From: a phage
Direction: 5' to 3' (one strand)
Assembly (NCBI GenBank): GCA_011835815.1
Contig: GCA_011835815.1_3615.1
Length of the DNA stretch: 64,000 nucleotides
The translations under genes were made by a program, and so were the position numbers. Below are positions 25,399-35,931 of this stretch, piece after piece. Position 1 is the stretch's first letter; each line of letters begins with the position of its first letter. The notes under the pieces are model-generated. The model did no database searches, was not told the DNA's origin, and was given only the letters and a program-made list of their open reading frames with translations.

Positions 25399-27522
25399 TC
25401 AGCAACCACAACTTCCGTAGTGCTTAACCCGTTCTATAACTTCCGCTTGCTTACCTTTATTGTAAGGACGGGAGTTTGGACTAGACAGGTACCCGGATAC
25501 ACGTCTGATCACACTGATCGTTCCCTCTTCATGGTTTCCACACTCTGGGCATACAAAGCCTTTAGCTGTTGCACTAAACTCACCAGAGAAACCACACTTG
25601 AGACATTTATCCACAGGTTGGTTAATACCAAAATACATAATGTGTTTATACCCGAAGTCAACAAGAGCCTCTAAAGCATCCAGGTTGTTTTTCAGATTTG
25701 GTGTCTCTACGTATCCGATGTTGCCACCAGAGGAGATCATAGCAAAACCTTCTTCATACTTCCACTTATCAAAAGGAGAGCTATTGATCCATACTGGCTG
25801 ATGGAAACTGTTGGTGAGATATTCATGCTCGTGCTTCAACACTTCAGGATATTCACGATCCAGACAGGTTGCAGCTTTATAGCATAGGCTCTCAGAAGGG
25901 GTGCCGTACAAGCTAAATGCTAGTCTACTTTCCTTCTTGTATCGCTCACAAGCATCTCTCATGTGCTGAAGGATTCCAAGAGCTAAAGCCTTGTCACCCT
26001 CTCTGCCCAAAATCTGACAGGTTTCATACACACCAATATACCCAATACTGATGGAAGCGTACCCGTCATAGAAGAGTTTATCAATACTCTCTTCAGGATC
26101 CAGGCGAGCAAGAGCGCCTTCACACCACATGATAGGGTTCTGCCCTGCCTTGGTGCCTTTCAGACGGTTAACCCTTACAAGGTGAGCCTCGTATGCAAGA
26201 TCCAGATACTCGTCAAGAACGGCAAAGAAATCAACACCTTCCGTCTTAGCTTTTGCCGCAATCATTGGCAGGTTAAGACTAACAACACCCAAGTTGAATC
26301 TGCCTAGGTATTTCTCCTCGCCTGTTTCCAAGTCATTGTATTTGCTAAGAAAACTCCGGCAACCCATGCTCGTTACTTTACCATCTGTCGAGCCTGTCAC
26401 TTTACGATTTAGTGGAACAGAAACAAAGTCAGGATAAATCCGCTCTGCAGAGCATTCCAGAGCTAATCGTTTCAAATCATAGTTAGGATCTCCAGGGTTC
26501 ATGTTGACACCCTCTTCTAGGAAGAACAGCACTTTAGGGAACACAGGTGTGATACGTTCTTCACCAAGACCCATTTTGTGGACTTTCAAGTAATTTTTGG
26601 TAATCATTCTACCAAAGACCGAGGTATCCAGTCCTAAACTTAATGTGATGAATGGAGTTTGCCCGTTGACAGAAGTTAACGTATTGATTTGATAGAGCAA
26701 AGTCTGCATGCTGTCAAATACGTCTTTATCTGTCATTTGCATTGCAACAGTCTCAGCATCTGGCAACCAATGTTCCTGGCAAAATTTAAGGTTCTTCTCA
26801 TAGGTCGCTTCAGCATACTGTGCCAGATAATGATCAATATGGCTCATAGTCTGACCACCATATTGAGCACTAGCTACTGCACTAGAGATTTGGCTAAGGA
26901 TTGTTGTTGCAACCCCTATTGACTTCGGCTTACTGACATGGGCGTTACCAATGTTGAATCCGTTTTCCAACATATCTGGATAATTTACCAAACAACAGTT
27001 TGTTAACGGACTGATCAAGTAGTCAAGATCATGCACATGGATGAAGCCTCTATTGTGCTCTTCTGAGACACGGTCTGGCAGGATCTGTGTTGATGCAAGG
27101 TGTTTGCTAAGGATGCCTGCAAGCAGGTCACGATGAGTGTGTACATGATTGGTAGGCTTATTTGCGTTTTCTTTTGTAAATTCATCACAAGTGCGATCCA
27201 AGAAGCCACTAATATCTGCAAGCAGTTTTCCACCTGCCTCTCTATTATTATCTCTTGTCTGCCTATACTGGATGTATTCTCTGGCTGCACATTTTAAACC
27301 CATATCCATAAGAGCGTCTTCAACAAGGATATGGATATTTTTTACAGAGATCGTGCACTGGTCGGTTGGTAGAGTGTTAGCAACAACTTCATTAACCGCG
27401 CAGGCGATCCGGTAAGCTTCTTCTTCAGTATGTCCAGACTCAAGTAAGGCGGACTCTGCCGCCTTGATCACCTTAATTCCGTTATATACCTCTTCTCTAC
27501 CGTCCCGTTTTACAACTTTCAC
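25399..27522 (-). CDS. nrdD: anaerobic (class III) ribonucleoside-triphosphate reductase
   Basis: 707 aa; C-terminal glycyl-radical region (RRVSGYL) and C-terminal Cys-rich motif CLKCG...CPECG. Confidence 0.85.
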   Translation of the reverse strand: MKVVKRDGREEVYNGIKVIKAAESALLESGHTEEEAYRIACAVNEVVANTLPTDQCTISVKNIHILVEDALMDMGLKCAAREYIQYRQTRDNNREAGGKLLADISGFLDRTCDEFTKENANKPTNHVHTHRDLLAGILSKHLASTQILPDRVSEEHNRGFIHVHDLDYLISPLTNCCLVNYPDMLENGFNIGNAHVSKPKSIGVATTILSQISSAVASAQYGGQTMSHIDHYLAQYAEATYEKNLKFCQEHWLPDAETVAMQMTDKDVFDSMQTLLYQINTLTSVNGQTPFITLSLGLDTSVFGRMITKNYLKVHKMGLGEERITPVFPKVLFFLEEGVNMNPGDPNYDLKRLALECSAERIYPDFVSVPLNRKVTGSTDGKVTSMGCRSFLSKYNDLETGEEKYLGRFNLGVVSLNLPMIAAKAKTEGVDFFAVLDEYLDLAYEAHLVRVNRLKGTKAGQNPIMWCEGALARLDPEESIDKLFYDGYASISIGYIGVYETCQILGREGDKALALGILQHMRDACERYKKESRLAFSLYGTPSESLCYKAATCLDREYPEVLKHEHEYLTNSFHQPVWINSSPFDKWKYEEGFAMISSGGNIGYVETPNLKNNLDALEALVDFGYKHIMYFGINQPVDKCLKCGFSGEFSATAKGFVCPECGNHEEGTISVIRRVSGYLSSPNSRPYNKGKQAEVIERVKHYGSCGC

Positions 27523-27797
27523 TTTTTCTCTCCAAAACCATTCTTAACAAAAGAGATGAAATCGTCGGCACCGCCTATATGGACACTTTCAAGATTACTT
27601 TCTAAGAAGATCTGCGGCAACGTTCTGGGTACGATTGGACTGCACTTCTCAATAAGCTCTTCTTTTGTGTAACCCTCGCCAAGTGTCTTATATACAAAAG
27701 GCAGACCCTTACTGACTGCAAATTCTTTTGCTCTTACACAATGTGGGCAGTTATCTTTACCGTAAATAATAAAGAAAAAAGATTTTTCACAGCTCAT
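27519..27797 (-). CDS. glutaredoxin-like redoxin (NrdH/Grx type)
   Basis: 92 aa; active site CPHC near N-terminus; coupled to nrdD and nrdB. Confidence 0.75.
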   Translation of the reverse strand: MSCEKSFFFIIYGKDNCPHCVRAKEFAVSKGLPFVYKTLGEGYTKEELIEKCSPIVPRTLPQIFLESNLESVHIGGADDFISFVKNGFGEKK

Positions 27798-27800
27798 GTA

Positions 27801-28889
27801 TTAAAACTCCCAAATTTCTTCTTCAGCGTCGTTAACAGTTGTGTTGACGCGGTAGTCAGTGTTCGACATTTCTTGGTTCGCCGTCTGTTGCAATGAAGGT
27901 TTCATCCACACCTGCATAAACGGTAGAGGGTCCTTTGTTGGCGGCACAAAGTCTTTGTCGATGTCGTAGTAATCATAAATCGGTGAGCAGTTATAGTCAA
28001 CCCATTCTTTAAGCAACGGTGAGTTAAGACCTATAATCGCTCTTCCTTCGCTGAAAATATAGTCACTCCAACCGTACTCTTTGGTTCGTACTTCATCAAG
28101 AATCTCTTTTAACTCCCCTTTTATCTCAAGGAAGCTTTTCTCCCATGCGGGATCATTAAGCAGGATATCAATGATGGCAAAATCACCTTTCGAATGTAGC
28201 ATTTCGTCAAGCATGATTTTTTGAACAAGCTGCGCCACCTGAACAAAGATACCCTGCTCAGCTACTGCGAAAGTGCATGCAAAACTTGCAATAAACTCAA
28301 TACTTTCCAGAGCTAAAAGTGCAAAAAGCGCTCTAAGAATGCATTTCCGCACAACATCTTCTTCAACACTAGAAGGATCCAGTCGGTATTTTGCACCAAT
28401 AACCTCAAGCTCTTGCATGTATTTGACAATAACGCCGGATCTGCTCAGAACGTTTTGGTTTTCCTGAATCTCTTCTATAATCTCACGGGCATTGGGGAGG
28501 CATTGTCTAACAATCTCTGAGTAAGTTAGTGCGTGAAGAACTTCAATCTCTGACTGTTTCATCAATAGAGTGAAAAGCTCACTATTGGTGATAAATGGTG
28601 AAAACAGACAAATGATAGATCTTGCCGCAACGCTATCAGCCTCCCATTGCCACATCAAGGTCTGCACCATCACGTCATAAGTTGACTTTGAGCATGTTAC
28701 AAAATCTGAAATAGATTGCGACAAATCCACTTCATCCTCTGCCCAGTCTTGTTCTTTTTGTTTTTTGTATAGTTCAAACAGTTGTGGATATTTTTTGTTG
28801 ATAGAGTCGTACATACCCATTTGCTGTCCTAGAAACAGCGGATAGTCACCAGTTTTATGAGCGGTGTTCTCAGCATTAAATACAGCCAT
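27801..28889 (-). CDS. nrdB: ribonucleotide reductase small (beta) subunit, class I
   Basis: 362 aa; size, ferritin-like character and position directly downstream of nrdA. Confidence 0.8.
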   Translation of the reverse strand: MAVFNAENTAHKTGDYPLFLGQQMGMYDSINKKYPQLFELYKKQKEQDWAEDEVDLSQSISDFVTCSKSTYDVMVQTLMWQWEADSVAARSIICLFSPFITNSELFTLLMKQSEIEVLHALTYSEIVRQCLPNAREIIEEIQENQNVLSRSGVIVKYMQELEVIGAKYRLDPSSVEEDVVRKCILRALFALLALESIEFIASFACTFAVAEQGIFVQVAQLVQKIMLDEMLHSKGDFAIIDILLNDPAWEKSFLEIKGELKEILDEVRTKEYGWSDYIFSEGRAIIGLNSPLLKEWVDYNCSPIYDYYDIDKDFVPPTKDPLPFMQVWMKPSLQQTANQEMSNTDYRVNTTVNDAEEEIWEF

Positions 28890-28928
28890 TATTCTAACCT
28901 CTAAAATGGGGCCGAAGCCCCTTTAAAA

Positions 28929-31244
28929 TTATAGTGCACAACTTTCGCAATACTGATCTTCAACTGAACTATCTGCATTCAAAGGATAGTTCTTTCTGGT
29001 TTCATCTTCAGCCTGTTTCTTGGCATGAAGTTCCTCTGCCAAGGAGTCGCCAGCACCAACCCTAGAGTTTAAATAATACCATGTCTTCATTCCGAATTTA
29101 GTGGCACGGATAAGGTACCCTAGCTGCTCCTTCATTGAAATTTTACCATCTTTCAACTTGGTGTAGTCTATGTATAAATCCGCGCTGATTGCCTGACCTG
29201 TGAATTTTTGAATCACGGCATACATATCGATCATGTCGTTAGTATCAACGTCCCAAGCCGAGGTGTAATACTCTTTCAACTCATCATAGTCAGGAACGAT
29301 AAACAGCACCTGCCCTTGTGGCGACTTTTTAAAGATAATGTGCTCACGGACAGGATAAACCCCGTTAGTGGTGTTTGTTGCCAGCGAAGAGCTTTCATTA
29401 GGCATATATGCTTCAAGAACGCTATTACGTAGCCCACCATTCTCAATGATTTCTTTACGTAACCCTTCCCAATCCTGTTTAAGAGAAGGATCTTTCACCA
29501 CGCTATCGACCTCTTTGTTATAGGTGTCGATTGGTAACCAACCTTCTGGATATTTTGTTTTATGCATCCACTCGCAGACACCACGCTCTTTTGCCAACCG
29601 TAAACTTGCCTTATGCAAGCTGTAGCTATGAAGTTCTGCAAGATCGTGAACGAGCTGTTTACTTTCAGGAGACCCGTAAGTAACCTTGTGGCTGGCAATA
29701 AAATGTGCAACATTGGTAAGGCCAACCCCGATGGATCTGCGTTTTTTAACTGTGCTTTCCATATTTTCATACGGATATGTCATGATTTCCATAACATTGT
29801 CAATCATAAGCACCGTATAGTATGCAACATCCTCATACTCCTCTGGAGTAACCCTCCCAGCTACAAGAGATGACAGGAAGCACAATGCAACCTCTCCATC
29901 ATCAGCATCGTACTTGAAGATATTACGCATATCTGAATAGCCTTTTGTCGGGAGGGCTATTTCTGCACACAGGTTGCTTGAATAGATCACATCTTTAAAA
30001 GGTGTATGTCTATTCATCTCATCTGTCCAGTATACGTACAGCCTTCCCACCTCAGTGCGCTGCGTGATCAGTTCAACAGCAAGATCTCTAGCTCGGATCC
30101 ATGTTTTAGGAATACTGTCATCTTTAGCAATACGATCAACCTCTGCATCAAACTCCTCCATAGACATGGTGAAGATACCCTCATGCAGTTGAGGCGCGTG
30201 CTTATAAGAAACAAGCATCCAATCTAAATTCTTAGCCACACGGTTGATAAACGACCTATTAATACCGATGGAGTAGTCCATGGTGTTGATTCTTTTTGAA
30301 GCAACAGTCATAGGGTTTCTCAAACGGATTAGCTCATCAATCTGCGGGTCCAGTGCAAGGAATGATACTGTTGCAGAACCACCACGTGATTGTTGTCTGT
30401 TCTCCTTAACCCCAGCATCAATACCTCGATAATATGGAATCTTACCCATATGTTTAATAGTGTTACCACGAACACCATCGCCTGCAGATCTTGAGGATAA
30501 GTAGTAGCCGATACCTGCTTGGTTAACCGTCATTGTGTACGCAACTTCACGTGCCACACCAATAGATTTTGCTGTATCGTCAGCTTTTATTACACAACAA
30601 GATGCATACCCTGTCTTACCTGTGCGCAGCCCGTTTAAGTACGGTGTTGGGGCATTGATCTTTAAGTCGGACAGATAAGTGTATAATTTTACAACATCGT
30701 TGATACGACGTTCTTTCGGCATATTCTTCATGACAGCCATTGCTATCCCCATAAACATCATCTGGGGAGATTCAAACAAGGTGTCTTTAAGAGTATCCTT
30801 GATCCCGTATTTGTCGCGAAACTGTTTAAGGACTGCATAGCCATAACCGAGATCTTTACTGTGGTCAATAACAGCGTCTAAAGTGTTTAGCTCGGTAAAG
30901 CTATAACCCATATCCTCCCAATAACCTTTCTCAACCATGTCATTGTAAAATGATGGTAAGGAAGGGATCTTTGTAAACCCTCCAAAAGCCTCTTTATAGA
31001 TCTGACCAATAAGAACACGACCAGCCATACGGGAATGTGCTTCGTCTTTACGGCTAACACAAGAGTCTATAATAGCTTGGTTAACTTCTTTGGTTGTACA
31101 TCCATCATACAACCGCTTGTAGGCATCCAGTGCAATATGTGACCAATTGCCGTTACCATCGTCACCGAAAATAGCTGCCTTATTTAAACGTTCTGGATCG
31201 AATGCCACTTCACATCCGTTGCTTTTAATTACCTTGGTGATCAA
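28929..31244 (-). CDS. nrdA: ribonucleotide reductase large (alpha) subunit, class I
   Basis: 771 aa; NLCAEIALP active-site region; C-terminal CxxC tail (YCESCAL). Confidence 0.85.
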   Translation of the reverse strand: MITKVIKSNGCEVAFDPERLNKAAIFGDDGNGNWSHIALDAYKRLYDGCTTKEVNQAIIDSCVSRKDEAHSRMAGRVLIGQIYKEAFGGFTKIPSLPSFYNDMVEKGYWEDMGYSFTELNTLDAVIDHSKDLGYGYAVLKQFRDKYGIKDTLKDTLFESPQMMFMGIAMAVMKNMPKERRINDVVKLYTYLSDLKINAPTPYLNGLRTGKTGYASCCVIKADDTAKSIGVAREVAYTMTVNQAGIGYYLSSRSAGDGVRGNTIKHMGKIPYYRGIDAGVKENRQQSRGGSATVSFLALDPQIDELIRLRNPMTVASKRINTMDYSIGINRSFINRVAKNLDWMLVSYKHAPQLHEGIFTMSMEEFDAEVDRIAKDDSIPKTWIRARDLAVELITQRTEVGRLYVYWTDEMNRHTPFKDVIYSSNLCAEIALPTKGYSDMRNIFKYDADDGEVALCFLSSLVAGRVTPEEYEDVAYYTVLMIDNVMEIMTYPYENMESTVKKRRSIGVGLTNVAHFIASHKVTYGSPESKQLVHDLAELHSYSLHKASLRLAKERGVCEWMHKTKYPEGWLPIDTYNKEVDSVVKDPSLKQDWEGLRKEIIENGGLRNSVLEAYMPNESSSLATNTTNGVYPVREHIIFKKSPQGQVLFIVPDYDELKEYYTSAWDVDTNDMIDMYAVIQKFTGQAISADLYIDYTKLKDGKISMKEQLGYLIRATKFGMKTWYYLNSRVGAGDSLAEELHAKKQAEDETRKNYPLNADSSVEDQYCESCAL

Positions 31245-31471
31245 TTTGCTTCCTCCACTTCACTAACGTATTTATCAAGGCAGGTATCAGTATCTTGCTG
31301 GATAAAAGTATCCTCTTCTACAGAGATATTTATAATTTTACCTGTATACTCGTCATAATAGACATCATCATACATTTTAATATCGTTTGTCAGGCCATTG
31401 AACCAAAGCCAACCAACATACTCTGCCCGACTTGCAAAACCAAGATCCTTCCACTTGGAGTTATGACTCAT
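31241..31471 (-). CDS. hypothetical protein
   Basis: Start moved to in-frame ATG at 31471 with AAGGTGG SD; 76 aa. Confidence 0.45.
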   Translation of the reverse strand: MSHNSKWKDLGFASRAEYVGWLWFNGLTNDIKMYDDVYYDEYTGKIINISVEEDTFIQQDTDTCLDKYVSEVEEAN

Positions 31472-31481
31472 CTTCACCACC

Positions 31482-31982
31482 TTAGCTTTCAATACCGAAT
31501 AATTTTTCCAGGCGATGCAGATCTTCAAAATTGAAAGGTTCATCAACAATATGAATATCTTCAGCCTTTTCAGATTGTTTTGTATACTTTCTTACATTAA
31601 CACGATCCTCTACAGGGATATCATACGGGAGATCTTGAACAAGCATTGCCTCACCAGGTGCTTTATCTACATCTAAAATATCTACACCGTTATACATTTG
31701 TGGGTATCTAAAGTCTGCACGCATGACACCAGCAAATACATCTGCCTTTCGATAATGTGTTGGCTTATTTTTGCATCGAACGTTTTTTCCACGAAGAACA
31801 TCAATACTTTTTAAATCAAACCCTACGGCAAAGAGTGCAGCTCGGAGACCGTTTCGTGTGCGAACGTTAAACCCGGGGACGGTAGATAGAAAATCTAAAG
31901 TAACTGAAATAAATGTCTTTTTAGGAATCATAACATTACTCATATCTGTCTCCATTTCTGGCTCACCAACAAAGTGAGCCAT
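31482..31982 (-). CDS. hypothetical protein
   Basis: 166-aa ORF. Confidence 0.5.
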   Translation of the reverse strand: MAHFVGEPEMETDMSNVMIPKKTFISVTLDFLSTVPGFNVRTRNGLRAALFAVGFDLKSIDVLRGKNVRCKNKPTHYRKADVFAGVMRADFRYPQMYNGVDILDVDKAPGEAMLVQDLPYDIPVEDRVNVRKYTKQSEKAEDIHIVDEPFNFEDLHRLEKLFGIES

Positions 31983-32041
31983 TATTATAGATTATCTAAT
32001 ACTATTAGTCAACACAAAAGTTACCTATCGCTGTGATAGGA

Positions 32042-33025
32042 TTAACCTTTCACGAAGTGGTTATTAAGCAGTTGTCTGTGCTGAACCCACCCACAAAAGT
32101 TGGCAGACCAGAATTTACCATCACGGTCTTGATGGGTTACACCTTCCTGCCAAGTACTGATGTCTTGTGTGATTTCACATGAAGACAGGTAGTAGTTTAA
32201 ACGTTCCATTGCGTTATCGTGATCCATAGGTGTTGCCTGGTGCTCGTAAGGGCTTGCATGAATACGATCCCCACCAATCAATTTTTTAGCCACACTATCT
32301 GCCTTTTCAAACGTGCTGTCAATATTTCGATAAGATACTTGTGCACAGCAACTAGCACTGATAGACAGAGCTTCTTTAGTATCGAGAATGCAGAGCTTTC
32401 CTTCTGTGTCACGTACAGCGTAGTTAAACTCTCCGTCCAAATAAACGTGCTCTACATATGGGGTGTGCCATTGACCCGGTTTAAGGATTTCAGGAGTGCT
32501 ATTCTCAAGAGCCTCCCACATACAATTAGCTAACATCTGAATCGTAGGATCCGCATCGTGCCAGCAACGGAGGTGGAAAAAATTATTCCACTCGGTGCTT
32601 GTTACAACTGTTTTCATGCGCTGGAACGGCTCCACTAAGCGGTTACATACTTGCTTATGGTAACCAGCAAGGGCGAACTTCTCTGCATGCCAAGCGGCGT
32701 TTTTTGCAGCTTCTTTCCAAAACTCTTCAGGAGTTAGCTCCATGTCAGTGTACTCTACACGGATCTTTTGATCGTGTTCCCCACCATCTTCCATTCCTCG
32801 CTTATTTACACCGAAGCGAACTGGCATTGCCGGATTCTCCACAATCTGTTGCAGCATCTTGCCGACAGGTACTGCACGGGAAGACATGGCGTTTCGGCTG
32901 AACACTCGGTGCGTCATAAGCTCTGAGTGAATAATTCGAGGATACTCTAGTTCAAAAGTGGTGATACGCTTACCTTTCTCGGAAATGCTGTCAGCAATAA
33001 TCTTTGCAGTGCACAGTTTTAGCAT
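32042..33025 (-). CDS. thyX: putative flavin-dependent thymidylate synthase (ThyX-like)
   Basis: 327 aa; THRVFSRNAMSS resembles the ThyX RHR-x7-S signature with T in place of the first R; sits in the nucleotide-metabolism module. Confidence 0.5.
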   Translation of the reverse strand: MLKLCTAKIIADSISEKGKRITTFELEYPRIIHSELMTHRVFSRNAMSSRAVPVGKMLQQIVENPAMPVRFGVNKRGMEDGGEHDQKIRVEYTDMELTPEEFWKEAAKNAAWHAEKFALAGYHKQVCNRLVEPFQRMKTVVTSTEWNNFFHLRCWHDADPTIQMLANCMWEALENSTPEILKPGQWHTPYVEHVYLDGEFNYAVRDTEGKLCILDTKEALSISASCCAQVSYRNIDSTFEKADSVAKKLIGGDRIHASPYEHQATPMDHDNAMERLNYYLSSCEITQDISTWQEGVTHQDRDGKFWSANFCGWVQHRQLLNNHFVKG

Positions 33026-33225
33026 TATTTAGCTCTCCTTGTTTTAATTTTGGAAATTTCGTCTGGGTTTATGTTGGCCTTAAATGCAAGGTATCTGTTG
33101 AACATGTCAGAGCACATATCTTGGGTGATCCTAGAGGCATACACTAGCTTACCTCCTAGATCATACACCTCTAGCCAGTCACCGTATCTGACTACAGGAT
33201 CGCCACCTTTAGAACATCTGCCCAT
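33025..33225 (-). CDS. hypothetical protein
   Basis: 66-aa ORF, coupled. Confidence 0.45.
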   Translation of the reverse strand: MGRCSKGGDPVVRYGDWLEVYDLGGKLVYASRITQDMCSDMFNRYLAFKANINPDEISKIKTRRAK

Positions 33226-33226
33226 T

Positions 33227-33820
33227 TCAAATACCTTCTAAAAATTTTCCTATTTTATACCAGCTATTAGCGGTATAGTCAACACTGACCTTTAACTCCT
33301 CGAATTGCTCATAAGGTGTATCTTTTAGGATTTTAATAACTTCAGGTCGTGAAGCGAATTGGTTCAGGTATTCATGCCTGTCGTCAATTATAACATCTAC
33401 AGCCACATTCCCTTTGAAATGTGTGGCGTAGAAGCCGTGGCCCTGGGTGTGATCGTCCAGATCCATAAAATCACTGGTCCAACGCTTTAAGAACCTTGAT
33501 TTAGATGCAAGGTGACCTTTCTTGCATACCGAGATAAATGCAAGCTTGTGACCACGAGCCACCAAATCTTTCATAACCTCAATAGCCCCCTCTTCAGGCT
33601 TAAGGAAGTCGTAGAGGAACGGATCACTCCAGAAATCAAAAGGTCCTATGATGTTTTCTTTGGGACGATCAGGCCAATACTTTGACAGATCGTAATACAT
33701 TAGCCCATTAGAAGGTTTAGCTACTGTCTTACTGGCTGGACCATACAAACGCTCCAACCACTCCCACCATGCTGTTCCTGAATCTACCAGTGTCAGATCT
33801 ACATCAATTCCGATTAACAT
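33227..33820 (-). CDS. HAD-superfamily hydrolase, possible 5'-deoxynucleotidase
   Basis: 197 aa; N-terminal IGIDVDLTLVDSG matches the HAD DxDxT motif. Confidence 0.55.
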   Translation of the reverse strand: MLIGIDVDLTLVDSGTAWWEWLERLYGPASKTVAKPSNGLMYYDLSKYWPDRPKENIIGPFDFWSDPFLYDFLKPEEGAIEVMKDLVARGHKLAFISVCKKGHLASKSRFLKRWTSDFMDLDDHTQGHGFYATHFKGNVAVDVIIDDRHEYLNQFASRPEVIKILKDTPYEQFEELKVSVDYTANSWYKIGKFLEGI

Positions 33821-34428
33821 TCTTCTTGGGCCTCTTTAGCATCAATATACTTGCACACAATCTCCGATGCACACTCCCAAGGTGCACCTTCAGGGTTTAC
33901 AACATCAAACTCAACCCCTTTTATTCCGTTCTTTTCCAGACTTAGATAGGTTCTGGAATCATTTCCCCAGTCATATCCTACACGGTGAATACGGAACAAC
34001 AACAGATCTCCACCTGTGCTGTATGCGTACTCGCTAAGGCATGCCAGCTCCTCTTTGAATCCCCCATCGGAGTAAACAATAACCCCTTTACCTTCAGGGA
34101 AATCTTTCTTCAAAGATGCGACTGCGGCTTTACCGAAAGCATCTTCACCAAAGATAGGTTTAATCAGATTTTCACTACAATGGATCATCCATTCTCGCGG
34201 AGAAACATGCTTGCCGTCTATCATTAAGAAAGGGCAAGGCTCTTCTTTGTAGTGGCGGTCATAAAGTGCATTCCAGAGTTGAGGAGTTACACCAGCTGCC
34301 TTAATTGCCACACTGAAGAGCATTTCCTTAACCTCACGGTGGTGTGAGTTAGGAATAGCTTCCAACAAGAGATCTGCAATGTGATCCTTACCACTGCTGG
34401 GTGGGGCGTTAAGAACAATAATATCCAT
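33814..34428 (-). CDS. deoxynucleoside monophosphate kinase-like P-loop kinase
   Basis: 204 aa; N-terminal IIVLNAPPSSGKDHIADLL P-loop resembles T4 gene 1 dNMP kinase. Confidence 0.55.
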   Translation of the reverse strand: MDIIVLNAPPSSGKDHIADLLLEAIPNSHHREVKEMLFSVAIKAAGVTPQLWNALYDRHYKEEPCPFLMIDGKHVSPREWMIHCSENLIKPIFGEDAFGKAAVASLKKDFPEGKGVIVYSDGGFKEELACLSEYAYSTGGDLLLFRIHRVGYDWGNDSRTYLSLEKNGIKGVEFDVVNPEGAPWECASEIVCKYIDAKEAQEEC

Positions 34429-34631
34429 TAAAAACCTCCGTGGTATTCTTCAACTGCATCAATAATACTTTTACACTTATCTACCAGCTCGTTAGCCACT
34501 ACAGCATCGTCTTCCCAAACAGCCTCCTCAATCTGATCAAGCAATGATCGCATCTTACTCATCATTTCTGGGATAAAGTTTTCTGAAAAGCTGTCTGGAA
34601 TTGTTAACTCTAGTGTCATTTCGGTCTCCAA
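34428..34631 (-). CDS. hypothetical small acidic protein
   Basis: 67-aa ORF, coupled. Confidence 0.45.
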   Translation of the reverse strand: METEMTLELTIPDSFSENFIPEMMSKMRSLLDQIEEAVWEDDAVVANELVDKCKSIIDAVEEYHGGF

Positions 34632-34646
34632 TCATACTATGCGTTA

Positions 34647-35105
34647 TTAGAAGTTTGTTTTTACACGTCCCTTCTCATCAACCTCGTTGTTAGCTAAAAG
34701 CGTTACAAAGTCTGTGAAACGAACATGAAGAACCCTTTTCTTATCAAGGTATCCTAAAGCCACCCCTGAGAAATTTAGCATCAAAGGGGCTAAAGAAGCT
34801 CTGGCACTGAAATGCTGTTGTTCTACCCTTCCAACACCCTTAGTGTAGGATGGGTTAAGATTGTAAGTTCTGAATCCCAGTTTTGTTGGAGCTTTAGAAT
34901 TAAAAACGACTTTATAGCGTTTCTTACTCAACTTATGCTCCAGGATAAGCATTCCCTTATCACCTTTGATAAGTTGAAAATCTGTAAAGTGCTCTTTTAA
35001 GACGAAAGGTAGTGCCAGTCCCATCGCCTGTCCTCTTTGTACCGCTGTCTCACCAAAAGCTTTTGCATCAGTAAGTTCTTTGGTCAAGTCTATGCTTTTG
35101 ATCAT
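34647..35105 (-). CDS. hypothetical protein
   Basis: 152-aa ORF. Confidence 0.5.
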   Translation of the reverse strand: MIKSIDLTKELTDAKAFGETAVQRGQAMGLALPFVLKEHFTDFQLIKGDKGMLILEHKLSKKRYKVVFNSKAPTKLGFRTYNLNPSYTKGVGRVEQQHFSARASLAPLMLNFSGVALGYLDKKRVLHVRFTDFVTLLANNEVDEKGRVKTNF

Positions 35106-35916
35106 ACCTGGTCTCCAAAATGTATTGTAGTTCTTTCTTACCTATACTCTTCATTCCAGCAGTCTTACCTGCTTCTTCTTGAAAAGAAGAATAGCATTCA
35201 GCAAACACTCTGTCAACACCGTTAACTAAAGATTTTATGAAATATGTTGATTCTTCAGATTTTGGGTCATCATCCCCCAATACTTTTCCAGCATTATACC
35301 CAACACGTCTTACACAGAAGTCGTAGTCATCTGGTGTGCTAAAAGAAAATAACTTATTCTCTCCAATCTCTACAGGATCCCTATTGCACGCCTTTTTCTC
35401 CCAAATTTGGAAAACACATGGCACGTCATAAGGTTTGCCATTAAGTAAAAACGAATTCTTAGGGCACCTTTCGCTGTAGACAAGGTGCATCGACATGTCC
35501 AGTTTGTTTGCAAAAAATATTTTTTCAAATGTCCGTGGCAAGATGAAGGCTATAGCCCCTCCAAGCTCTAGCAATGATGCACAATGGTTAAAGAATTTGC
35601 AAGCTAAGGATGAATTCTTGCCAAATGGTGGGTTACCTATGAAGACATCTGCCTTGGGATGCACCTCCAAGAAGTTTGCCTGAATGCACGGTGTTGGTCC
35701 TTCAAATTCAGGATCTGGTACTAAATCGTACGACAGTATCTCTGAAAATAGTTTTGAAAAAGAACCCCTTCCAGCAGAAGGCTCAACGTATGCACAATTC
35801 CCATACTTATCTTTTACTTTACCAACAAGATATTCTGCATACTCAGGGTTTGTGTAGTATTTGTCGTTGGACTCTTTCTTGCTCAAAGTGCCTCCAAAAG
35901 GAAAAGGGAGGCGCAA
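35068..35916 (-). CDS. DNA N6-adenine methyltransferase
   Basis: 282 aa; SAM-binding-like VEPSAGRGSF followed by catalytic FIGNPPFG. Confidence 0.7.
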   Translation of the reverse strand: MRLPFPFGGTLSKKESNDKYYTNPEYAEYLVGKVKDKYGNCAYVEPSAGRGSFSKLFSEILSYDLVPDPEFEGPTPCIQANFLEVHPKADVFIGNPPFGKNSSLACKFFNHCASLLELGGAIAFILPRTFEKIFFANKLDMSMHLVYSERCPKNSFLLNGKPYDVPCVFQIWEKKACNRDPVEIGENKLFSFSTPDDYDFCVRRVGYNAGKVLGDDDPKSEESTYFIKSLVNGVDRVFAECYSSFQEEAGKTAGMKSIGKKELQYILETRYDQKHRLDQRTY

Positions 35917-35923
35917 GCCTCCC
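35893..35923 (-). terminator. rho-independent terminator (- strand)
   Basis: GGGAGGC-GCAA-GCCTCCC hairpin with U-run on - strand, downstream of 35932-36915. Confidence 0.55.
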
Positions 35924-35931
35924 TATAATTG